Both the position numbers and the translations under genes were made by a program. 61,516 nt of DNA from a virus (Duplodnaviria; Caudoviricetes), in the IMG/VR virus record IMGVR_UViG_3300031949_000035, positions 1 through 61,516 of that record; one strand, written 5' to 3'. Position 1 is the first letter of the stretch; the number at the start of each line of letters is the position of its first letter. Below, piece after piece: positions 47,179-54,039 of this stretch. The notes beneath the pieces are model-generated. The model was not told the origin of the DNA. It ran no database searches and was given only the letters and a program-made list of their open reading frames with translations.

Positions 47179-47722
47179 ATATTTCATAGAGCCAGTGAGA
47201 TACGAAGCAGCGAAAGCCTTTGTTGAGCATTGGCACTATTCAAAGAGGATGCCAACAGGGAAAAACATCTGCTTTGGATTGAGAAGGGCTGGCGAAATGT
47301 ACGCGGTGATAGTTTACGGCATAGGCGTGAATCCGTATCAGGCGCAGTTTTTAGGCGTGAAAGAGTGCATGGAAATAAAAAGGATGTGCCGGAGAGAGCC
47401 GAAAGAAGACTATCCTCTTTCACGGCTGATTAACCTGACGACAAAGATGCTGAAGAAGCAGGAGAGTTTTCAGGCTGTTGTGGCTTTTGCTGACCCGGAG
47501 CAAGGGCACGAAGGGACAGTCTACAAGGCCGCAGGATACGAACACAAAGGGATGAGCAACGCAGAGTGGCATCTTGAAGACGAAGACGGCAACAAGAGGC
47601 ACAGGCGATTTGCTTTCAGAATGGCAAGACGGAACGGTATTTCTGTTTCTGAGGCAAGAGATCAGTTAAACGTAAAAAGAGTGCAGACCGCCCCGAAGCA
47701 CAGATGGGTGAGGTTTGTATGA
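47117..47722 (+). CDS. Mom-like adenine-modification (GNAT-fold) protein, cassette
   Basis: HWHYS, EIKRM, FADP.QGH.GTVYKA.G; ends GTTAACACT / AGTGTTAAC; start uncertain. Confidence 0.85.
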   Translation: MVEQLTFQLTSGGSNPTSPLQYFIEPVRYEAAKAFVEHWHYSKRMPTGKNICFGLRRAGEMYAVIVYGIGVNPYQAQFLGVKECMEIKRMCRREPKEDYPLSRLINLTTKMLKKQESFQAVVAFADPEQGHEGTVYKAAGYEHKGMSNAEWHLEDEDGNKRHRRFAFRMARRNGISVSEARDQLNVKRVQTAPKHRWVRFV

Positions 47723-47726
47723 AGAG

Positions 47727-47785
47727 TGTTAACGTTAAATTAAGGGGCGCGCTTTAGCGCGTCCCGCTTGAATGAAAGGTTAGAC
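47727..47785 (-). other. attC-like site 15
   Basis: TGTTAAC..ATTAAG...CTTGAAT-5-GTTAGAC. Confidence 0.9.
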
Positions 47786-48043
47786 ATGAGAATTAAACAA
47801 TGTCACCCAGCATGGCCGCAACATGCGTCTTTCAGTTGCCCGACTTGTGGAAGTTTATATCAAGACGGGGATGAATATGATGAACATTCATACGGGCCAG
47901 ATGACGGTGAAAGCATGGCTCAATGTTTGCGGTGTAACAACGGGTTTATCGTGCGGAGAATTGTTACCGTAACTTACCACACCGAGAAACCCGGCAATAA
48001 AATACCTGTTGTTGTCATACGCCGGGATCATAAAGATGCCTAA
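47786..48043 (+). CDS. Zinc-ribbon cassette protein
   Basis: CPTCG and CLRC..F.V.R.V...Y. Confidence 0.7.
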   Translation: MRIKQCHPAWPQHASFSCPTCGSLYQDGDEYDEHSYGPDDGESMAQCLRCNNGFIVRRIVTVTYHTEKPGNKIPVVVIRRDHKDA

Positions 48044-48096
48044 CGACAAGCTAAGCCGCCGCGCTTTTTGCGGTCGGCTTGAGCGATTTGTTAAGT
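48038..48096 (-). other. attC-like site 16
   Basis: GCCTAAC..CTAAGCCG...CGGCTTGAG..GTTAAGT. Confidence 0.9.
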
Positions 48097-48102
48097 ATTT
48101 TT

Positions 48103-48315
48103 TTATTTATCATCGGATTTTTGATTTTCTCCGAAATTTAAATTTAATGGTTGTCTTAATTCAATTTGAAAGGATGCATCAGACCATGAATTTTTACCAT
48201 AATCAATCGTTGAAATTGTGGCTTTATATGTTTCATTTGCGGCATCAGAAATAGCTTTTGCAATAATGGACTCCATTTGTTGAACAGAAATAGATTTTAA
48301 TTTATTTTCAAACAT
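48103..48315 (-). CDS. AT-rich cassette hypothetical protein, canonical orientation
   Basis: 70-aa ORF inside the GTTAAGT / ACTTAAC cassette. Confidence 0.6.
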   Translation of the reverse strand: MFENKLKSISVQQMESIIAKAISDAANETYKATISTIDYGKNSWSDASFQIELRQPLNLNFGENQKSDDK

Positions 48316-48343
48316 AATTAATTTCTTTTCAGGAGGTATAAAA

Positions 48344-48562
48344 ATGACGACCGCCGATGCAGTCGAATTTCACAAAATTATGAAGTATCTTAGTATTTAT
48401 TATCCTATCAATTCGATAAACAGTGATACGGTTTATGTTTATTTTGATGCCCTTTCCGAATATAAAGTTGAAGATATTTATAAAGCGGTAAAGTTATATA
48501 TTAAAAAAGAGACAAAATTCCCCAGTGTTTCTGAGTTGATTTCTTATTTATGTCGAACTTAA
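48344..48562 (+). CDS. G39P-like helicase loader/inhibitor N-domain, cassette
   Basis: AGGAGG SD; YF.AL..Y....I..AV...IK..T.FP.VSEL. Confidence 0.65.
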   Translation: MTTADAVEFHKIMKYLSIYYPINSINSDTVYVYFDALSEYKVEDIYKAVKLYIKKETKFPSVSELISYLCRT

Positions 48563-48619
48563 CGATAAGCTCACCAGTTGCCAGGTTTATTGGCAATCTG
48601 GTGGAGCGCCTTGTTAGGC
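48557..48619 (-). other. attC-like site 17
   Basis: ACTTAAC..CTCACCAG...CTGGTGGAG..GTTAGGC. Confidence 0.9.
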
Positions 48620-48636
48620 GCAGAAAGGATTGACAA

Positions 48637-49131
48637 ATGAACAAAACTATGAGGACTATAGATAAAGAAGGTGGAGCGGCTGTTGGCTCGACCGATTTGT
48701 TAGCCGAATTGACGGAGCGGCGAAGCAAGTTCGTATATGATGCCGCCCGACTCGCCGCACAAGCTGCCAACGCACCAATAATCCCCGTGCCGTGGGACGA
48801 GCGCGAAGAACCTTTCCAGGTACAATTCCGAAAAGTCATAGACCGGCAATGCGGAGAACAGCGCTCTCGCTCACCGGAAGAACTACACGGTAGCTGGATG
48901 CAGGCATACTTCGGGATGGGCTGGGTGTTCGGAACTGAATACAGCCGCGAGAACAAGACGCATCCAGACCTCGTACCATACGCAGACCTTGGCCAACTCG
49001 AACGAGATAAAGACGCTGTGTTCGTGTCTCTCTGCGAGATTGCGCGCCAATGGGTGTATTCAGCTAACTCTCCGCATGAGCGCGCCGCCGAAGGCGGTCC
49101 GCTCGATGCGGTGGTTGTGCGTCAAACGTAA
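48637..49131 (+). CDS. RyR-domain-like phage protein; both termini attC-encoded
   Basis: H.SWM......GW..G and KTHPDLVPY.DL...E..KD; half attC at about 48672-48705. Confidence 0.75.
   Translation: MNKTMRTIDKEGGAAVGSTDLLAELTERRSKFVYDAARLAAQAANAPIIPVPWDEREEPFQVQFRKVIDRQCGEQRSRSPEELHGSWMQAYFGMGWVFGTEYSRENKTHPDLVPYADLGQLERDKDAVFVSLCEIARQWVYSANSPHERAAEGGPLDAVVVRQT
49062..49120 (-). other. attC-like site 18
   Basis: AGCTAAC...CCGCCGAAGGCGG...GTTGTGC. Confidence 0.9.
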
Positions 49132-49144
49132 CTACGGAGTGAGG

Positions 49145-49900
49145 ATGAATGAGTTGGCACTTTTTGCAGGAGCAGGCGGAGGCATCTTGGGAGGGCACTT
49201 GCTTGGATGGCGCACCCGATGCGCTGTTGAGATTGATGCCTACTGCCGAAGCGTGCTGCTCGCCCGCCAACGCGACGGACTGCTGCCAAGATTCCCGATT
49301 TGGCACGGCGTGCGAACATTCGACGGAAAGCCTTGGCGCGGGCGAATTGATGTTGTCTCCGGGGGCTTCCCGTGCCAGGACATCAGCGCAGCCGGCAAGG
49401 GCGCAGGACTCAGCGGAGAGCGCAGCGGATTGTGGGGAGAAATGGCCCGCATCATTGGCGAAGTACGACCGCTGTACGCGTTCGTGGAGAACTCGCCAAT
49501 ACTCACTTCTCGGGGGCTTGGACGAGTTCTGGGAGACTTGGCCGAAATGGGGTTTGATGCGCGGTGGGGAGTGCTGGGCGCGCGACACGTTGGCGCATGC
49601 CACCGACGCGACCGGCTTTGGATTTGTGCCAACCGTGCTGACATCGGAAGCGACGGGGCCTGGCCTACATGGGAACGGGAGCCACAATTTCCGAACGTGG
49701 TTTCGAGAGAACAGCACAGAGCGCAGGTTGCCGCTGCACGGGGAACTTATGATGCTATGGCCGGTGGGCTGGGCAAGCGCTGGAGAGCAATTGGAAATGG
49801 ACAAGTTCCGGCAGTGGCAGCGGCAGCATGGCGGATTTTGACGCACAACGCCAAGGGTGAGCGGCGGCATTATCGCCCGCTCGACCCGTTGGTTAGGTAA
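49145..49900 (+). CDS. C5 cytosine DNA methyltransferase (alpha chain), cassette
   Basis: LFAGAGG, GGFPCQD, FVEN, H.R.R, AIGNGQVP; ends GTTGTGCGTCAAA / TTTGACGCACAAC. Confidence 0.92.
   Translation: MNELALFAGAGGGILGGHLLGWRTRCAVEIDAYCRSVLLARQRDGLLPRFPIWHGVRTFDGKPWRGRIDVVSGGFPCQDISAAGKGAGLSGERSGLWGEMARIIGEVRPLYAFVENSPILTSRGLGRVLGDLAEMGFDARWGVLGARHVGACHRRDRLWICANRADIGSDGAWPTWEREPQFPNVVSREQHRAQVAAARGTYDAMAGGLGKRWRAIGNGQVPAVAAAAWRILTHNAKGERRHYRPLDPLVR
49149..49841 (+). CDS. Overlapping +1-frame polypeptide carrying a motif IX-like segment (beta chain)
   Basis: 230 open codons; LPLHGELMMLWPVGW resembles motif IX, which the main frame lacks. Confidence 0.65.
   Translation: MSWHFLQEQAEASWEGTCLDGAPDALLRLMPTAEACCSPANATDCCQDSRFGTACEHSTESLGAGELMLSPGASRARTSAQPARAQDSAESAADCGEKWPASLAKYDRCTRSWRTRQYSLLGGLDEFWETWPKWGLMRGGECWARDTLAHATDATGFGFVPTVLTSEATGPGLHGNGSHNFRTWFRENSTERRLPLHGELMMLWPVGWASAGEQLEMDKFRQWQRQHGGF
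49843..49898 (-). other. attC-like site 19
   Basis: GCACAAC..GGGTGAGCGG...CCGCTCGACCC..GTTAGGT. Confidence 0.9.
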
Positions 49901-49917
49901 ATACTATGTTGTGGCGA

Positions 49918-50127
49918 TTAACCTTTTTTAGTTATTCCAGCGGAGGGATATTTATTTTGCAACATTGCAATAGACTCATCTCGAAATTTTTGAATGTCAT
50001 TGTCTGTAAGTGTTCCTGGCGGGGCGACACTCAAAAGTCTATCAATAACTTTTTCCAAAACGTTGATCCTAAACTCAACGTCAATAACAGAATTAGCAAT
50101 ATCAATACCGCCGACCTGTATTCCCAT
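49918..50127 (-). CDS. Cassette hypothetical protein, canonical orientation
   Basis: GAGGTG SD; 69 aa. Confidence 0.7.
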   Translation of the reverse strand: MGIQVGGIDIANSVIDVEFRINVLEKVIDRLLSVAPPGTLTDNDIQKFRDESIAMLQNKYPSAGITKKG

Positions 50128-50133
50128 AGTGAT

Positions 50134-50475
50134 TCACCTCGTATCAGTGGTAATAGTTGGAATCTTCAAATTGGCCCCGATATTCCCAGATTTTATATAT
50201 TTTTCGTAGATAGCGGCTGCGACCAAGGAGGCAATAACCCCTAAGATAAATGTACAAATCAGAGAGTAAACAAACCGAGAGGTTTTTGACCACCACGGAG
50301 GATAATAAGCCATTCTCCACGTTACATTATTACATGAAGGGCATTCGATAGGAGTGCCTTCAGAAATGTCAGTTACTCTCATTTCTTTAGAGCACTTAGG
50401 GCAAGGCATATCGTATTCTACAGCCTTTTTGACTACTAATTTTGGCCCATTAAAAATGGATGGTATAGTTGGCAC
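50134..50475 (-). CDS. Zinc-ribbon plus TM cassette protein, canonical orientation
   Basis: CPKC, CPSC, one TM helix; GGAG SD. Confidence 0.7.
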   Translation of the reverse strand: MPTIPSIFNGPKLVVKKAVEYDMPCPKCSKEMRVTDISEGTPIECPSCNNVTWRMAYYPPWWSKTSRFVYSLICTFILGVIASLVAAAIYEKYIKSGNIGANLKIPTITTDTR

Positions 50476-50513
50476 TAACGCAGCTCCATATTTACTATGA
50501 ATCTATTTTTGGA

Positions 50514-50576
50514 ATCTAACGACCCAAGTTGAGCGGAGGCACCGCAGGTGACTTCCGCTCGAACGACTGGTTAGCC
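50514..50576 (-). other. attC-like site 20
   Basis: ATCTAAC..GTTGAGCGGA...TCCGCTCGAAC..GTTAGCC. Confidence 0.9.
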
Positions 50577-50612
50577 GACGAACCGAAAACTTAAACCATA
50601 AGGAGAAGAAAG

Positions 50613-51215
50613 ATGGAGTTTCAGGGATTTCCGAAGATTGCCCGCCTCAGCCGGGAGTGCATTATCACCGAAAAGATTGATGGGACCAATACCCAGGTCT
50701 GCATCCAGGTGTTGCCTGATGATGCGGTTATGCCTACCGATACGCCCATTGTCGCAGTGCGCGGGAATCTACTGATCTATGCGGGGTCCCGAACCCGATG
50801 GATTACGCCCAAGGATGACAACTACGGTTTTGCGGGATGGGTAGAGCGGAACGCCGTTGAACTCGCAAAACTAGGCGAAGGGCATCACTTTGGGGAATGG
50901 TGGGGATGCGGAATCCAGAGGAGATACGATCTCAAAGAGAAGCGCTGGAGCCTGTTCAACGTGTCCCGCTGGAACGGGGAGGATCGCCCCGCTTGCTGCG
51001 ATGTGGTCCCGACAATTTACAAGGGTGATTTCACCAATGATGCCGTGACAAATGCGATTGAAGACCTCCGAACCAATGGTAGCAAAGCATCTCCAGGTTT
51101 TATGAATCCCGAGGGAATCGTTGTTTATCACACGGCTGGACGAATGTATTTCAAGAAGACCATCGAGAAGGATGAAGAACCAAAGGGTAAATGGATGGCT
51201 GAAAGAGTCGGCTAA
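50613..51215 (+). CDS. RNA ligase family nucleotidyltransferase, cassette
   Basis: FPKI, TEKIDGTN (motif I), DNYGFA, FGEW, PEGIV; ends GTTAGCCGAC / GTCGGCTAAC. Confidence 0.88.
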   Translation: MEFQGFPKIARLSRECIITEKIDGTNTQVCIQVLPDDAVMPTDTPIVAVRGNLLIYAGSRTRWITPKDDNYGFAGWVERNAVELAKLGEGHHFGEWWGCGIQRRYDLKEKRWSLFNVSRWNGEDRPACCDVVPTIYKGDFTNDAVTNAIEDLRTNGSKASPGFMNPEGIVVYHTAGRMYFKKTIEKDEEPKGKWMAERVG

Positions 51216-51261
51216 CGACCCAAGTTGAGCGGAGGCACCGCAGGTGACTTCCGCTCGAACG
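51210..51261 (-). other. attC-like site 21 (copy of site 20, right core lost)
   Basis: 51212-51261 identical to 50516-50565. Confidence 0.8.
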
Positions 51262-51297
51262 CCGTATTACGAAGACCGATTTTTGAAAGGGATGAAG

Positions 51298-51678
51298 ATG
51301 GAAACGAAAAACGCAGTGATTGAAAGCGCCCGCATCACCAGCGACGACCACGGCTGCTTGTGCGCCTGGCTGATGCTTGATTACGGCGGCAGCGGCCAAG
51401 GGTTCGGCGGCTACGCGCTGTACCTGCCGAAGAGCTTTACGCATCACAAGATGGAGAGCGTGGCGGGGCATTTCATTTGGCGCGTAATGGAGGTTGCAGG
51501 CGTTACCGATTGGGACAAGCTCAAGGGCAAAACCATCCGGGTGCGAGGCGACCGCGGGTGTATTGAAGCGATTGGGCACGTCGTCAAGGACGACTGGTTT
51601 TGCCCGCGTGAAGACTTCGCGGACAAGGCGGCTAACGTAGAGGTAAGGGGTCGCCCGCTTTTGGGCGATCCCTCTTGA
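51298..51678 (+). CDS. Cassette hypothetical protein
   Basis: NA.I.S......DHG, QGFGGY, W..L.GK..RV phage motifs. Confidence 0.75.
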   Translation: METKNAVIESARITSDDHGCLCAWLMLDYGGSGQGFGGYALYLPKSFTHHKMESVAGHFIWRVMEVAGVTDWDKLKGKTIRVRGDRGCIEAIGHVVKDDWFCPREDFADKAANVEVRGRPLLGDPS

Positions 51679-51692
51679 CCGCCGGGTTAGGC
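51630..51692 (-). other. attC-like site 22
   Basis: GGCTAAC...TCGCCC..GGGCGA...GTTAGGC. Confidence 0.9.
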
Positions 51693-51712
51693 GGTTTTAA
51701 CTGGAGATAAAG

Positions 51713-52006
51713 ATGTCAAATTGTGAATATGTGCGTGAATATTATGAAGTGCCAGCAGAGATAGGCAGGCGTGTCGTAGTTAGCGGAAAGGCTGGAATTA
51801 TTGCCGCTGACCGTGGGCATTACATCGGCGTGAACTTTGACGTAGACAAGCCGGGCGTAATTTGCAACTGCCATCCGACAAGTAAGGTGGAGTATGGCGA
51901 GATTGGGAAGATTCGCAAAATGACGCGCAGCCAAGAGAATTATCGGCGATACCTTGATCTTGACTGTGGATTCCCATTCGCAGAATGGATGGGGTTTAAG
52001 GCATAA
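51713..52006 (+). CDS. Cassette hypothetical protein
   Basis: YVR.YY.VPA.IGRRV and HPT motifs; GGAG SD. Confidence 0.75.
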   Translation: MSNCEYVREYYEVPAEIGRRVVVSGKAGIIAADRGHYIGVNFDVDKPGVICNCHPTSKVEYGEIGKIRKMTRSQENYRRYLDLDCGFPFAEWMGFKA

Positions 52007-52063
52007 CGTGTAGCTCAAGGGCGGGCGGCTTTTCGCCAGTCCGCGTGGAACTATGGGTTAGGC
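52001..52063 (-). other. attC-like site 23 (degenerate stem)
   Basis: GCATAAC...GTTAGGC. Confidence 0.7.
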
Positions 52064-52082
52064 ATAACTTTAAGGAGAAAAC

Positions 52083-52313
52083 ATGAACGTACACGGAGTT
52101 GAAATAACCGACGAACAGCAAAATGCCTGCATTGTGGCGATGGAAAAGCGATTCAAAGCCAGCGATATTGAACTTGTGGCGATACAGGCAGGAGTACCTC
52201 GTTACCATAATAGGAATGATATTGCGCATAGAGTTGCTGACCGACTCATTCAGCGGCAGCGCAAGACTGGGGCAATTAAGAGGGACGGGAAGCACTGGTT
52301 GCCTAACGCATAG
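52083..52313 (+). CDS. Cassette winged-helix-like small protein
   Basis: R.ADRLIQR.RK.G.I; ends GTTAGGCA / TGCCTAAC. Confidence 0.7.
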   Translation: MNVHGVEITDEQQNACIVAMEKRFKASDIELVAIQAGVPRYHNRNDIAHRVADRLIQRQRKTGAIKRDGKHWLPNA

Positions 52314-52366
52314 CTAACCGGCTGGCGGCTTTATGGCCTGCGTCCGTGTTGAGCGGAGGGTTAGCC
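52301..52366 (-). other. attC-like site 24
   Basis: GCCTAAC...GTTAGCC. Confidence 0.8.
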
Positions 52367-52400
52367 GCCGTCTCACCAGAACCGACTTTTGGAGGACGAA

Positions 52401-52469
52401 ATGAATGACAGAGATTTTTTGATGTGGCTGCACGAGCGACTTGAAAAGGTTCATGGAGAAGACGTTTAA
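52401..52469 (+). pseudogene. Truncated cassette ORF (MNDRDFLMWLHERLEKVHGEDV)
   Basis: GGAGG SD; stops at a GTTTAAC core after 22 codons. Confidence 0.5.
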
Positions 52470-52654
52470 CGCTCTCTGACCGCACATGCGGGAGATTATA
52501 AATGTTCACGCTGATTAACGACATAGGTGTGGGGGCTGTATTGTCCAACGCATTGCTGTTATCTCCGATAGCTATAGTTGCCATTTACATCTTGATGTTT
52601 GTTATAAATTGGTGTTGTGAAAGAAGGGGCTACCGGCGCGGCAAAAAATGAACT

Positions 52655-53155
52655 TCACAATATTCCCCCCGAAGCTACCTTTAAGGCAATAAAAAATAAT
52701 ATGGTCCCCACCCTTTCTACCGCCATCCATTTTCTTTCGGAAGCAATCCTTTTGTTGGCTTCCGCCAACACCTCCTTTAGTTGTGTAATGTACTCGTTTT
52801 TAATAGCAAGCCTCTGCTCTTGAAGGTCGTCTATTTGCCTCCCATTTTTTGCCATCGTCTCAAGCTCTGTTATTTTTTTTATATAGCCGTCTTCGGCTTC
52901 AAGGATATGTTGTTGTGCTTCCTTGTACCCACCAAGTTCGGCTTTGAGAGCCTGGACTTCCGCGTCTGAATTTATACAAGCTCGCAAAGCTTCGGCGGAA
53001 AGCTCTTCAGCGGTAGCGGTTATTGAGTTCGCGGATAATGTCATCACGAGACATGGCAGTAGAGCCAGGAGAAACCTTGTTATCTTCTGCTTTAGCTTTC
53101 CCACGTCGAATAGCGGCGTCAGCTTTTGCCTTAGATTCTGCAATTTGAGTCTCAT
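52655..53155 (-). CDS. Spanin-like membrane protein overlapping the upstream gene
   Basis: Signal-like segment, coiled coil, C-terminal TM; start uncertain; no clear lipobox. Confidence 0.5.
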   Translation of the reverse strand: MRLKLQNLRQKLTPLFDVGKLKQKITRFLLALLPCLVMTLSANSITATAEELSAEALRACINSDAEVQALKAELGGYKEAQQHILEAEDGYIKKITELETMAKNGRQIDDLQEQRLAIKNEYITQLKEVLAEANKRIASERKWMAVERVGTILFFIALKVASGGIL

Positions 53156-53357
53156 ATTTCCCTATCCTTTCATTATTTTCTTTCAGTTTTGCCCTAAGTT
53201 CTTCAACCTCATTTTTAAGGACAGTATCCGTTCTATCCGCTAATTCACCCAAATTATTCGTATCTGACATGGGCAAAGGCTGGGAAACGAAATATCTATA
53301 GGCAAGGAATAAACCCAAAATGGACATAATGGCCATGAGAATCCACTTCTTTTTCAT
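53007..53357 (-). CDS. i-spanin-like protein
   Basis: N-terminal TM plus coiled coil. Confidence 0.55.
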   Translation of the reverse strand: MKKKWILMAIMSILGLFLAYRYFVSQPLPMSDTNNLGELADRTDTVLKNEVEELRAKLKENNERIGKYETQIAESKAKADAAIRRGKAKAEDNKVSPGSTAMSRDDIIRELNNRYR

Positions 53358-53653
53358 GTTTTGAGGTATCCTTTCTTTACCAAAAAGTCTTTAGCTAGAG
53401 CGAAGCAGGCTATGGCAATGAGGCCGTTGGTGAGGCCGTCAAATAGAGCCGCCGTGGTCCAAACCGATTTTGTGCAGACGTAGGTGTTGAACATGACAAA
53501 ACCTATGCAGAGGGGGATAAACCCGCGAAAGCCGTGGAGGGTGTCGCTTCTCTTCAGATTTTTATTAATTAAGTGAGATGCAATTATCGTGCTAAATACT
53601 ACTGTAAGGTTAAAGCCTTCTATGTTGGTGAAAACCTCGGTTATTTCGTCCAT
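53354..53653 (-). CDS. Holin-like 3-TM protein
   Basis: Three hydrophobic segments and a basic tail. Confidence 0.55.
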   Translation of the reverse strand: MDEITEVFTNIEGFNLTVVFSTIIASHLINKNLKRSDTLHGFRGFIPLCIGFVMFNTYVCTKSVWTTAALFDGLTNGLIAIACFALAKDFLVKKGYLKT

Positions 53654-53663
53654 TATGCCCCCG

Positions 53664-54035
53664 TTATTTAAAATACTCATCAATAGCAAGCTTCGCTTGC
53701 TCAAAGCCAAAGCAGAAACAGGCCATATAACCACGGGCCATCAATGCGTCAAGCATTTTCGATTGTGCAACCAAATGTTTGTCCTTGCGAAGCTTTCCAC
53801 TTTGCAGCCAAGGATTCGTGGTTTTTAGCTCGATACACAGCCCATGATAGTCCCGGCGTGGCTCCATTATCAAAACATCCGGGAAGCCGTTTTGAGGGTT
53901 TAGCCGTTTATTTCGGACGGCCATGCCAATACTCCAGACCCCACCCGATCCGGTATCAATATGGAAAATGGCTTTGGGATACCGGAAGGATAGATATTGC
54001 GAAACTGTGATAGCAAGCGCGTCTTCAGATCTCAT
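53664..54035 (-). CDS. VRR-NUC nuclease
   Basis: SED.L, GFPD, GL.IELK, Q......L...GY. Confidence 0.85.
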   Translation of the reverse strand: MRSEDALAITVSQYLSFRYPKAIFHIDTGSGGVWSIGMAVRNKRLNPQNGFPDVLIMEPRRDYHGLCIELKTTNPWLQSGKLRKDKHLVAQSKMLDALMARGYMACFCFGFEQAKLAIDEYFK

Positions 54036-54039
54036 TAGC

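Larger units (their letters stand above)
46788..52470 (-). mobile_element. Integron-like cassette array 2 (12 attC-like sites plus one half site, no integrase)
   Basis: Same architecture and orientation as array 1. Confidence 0.9.

Noticed and set aside
30198-52366. Hairpins as intrinsic terminators or REP/BIME elements
   Set aside because: They lack U tracts, differ in sequence, keep AAC/GTT cores and L boxes, and show cross-cassette end complementarity.
52464-52485. attI-like head for array 2
   Set aside because: A GTTAAAC core is present on the minus strand but there is no convincing L box; it could be a secondary-site junction.
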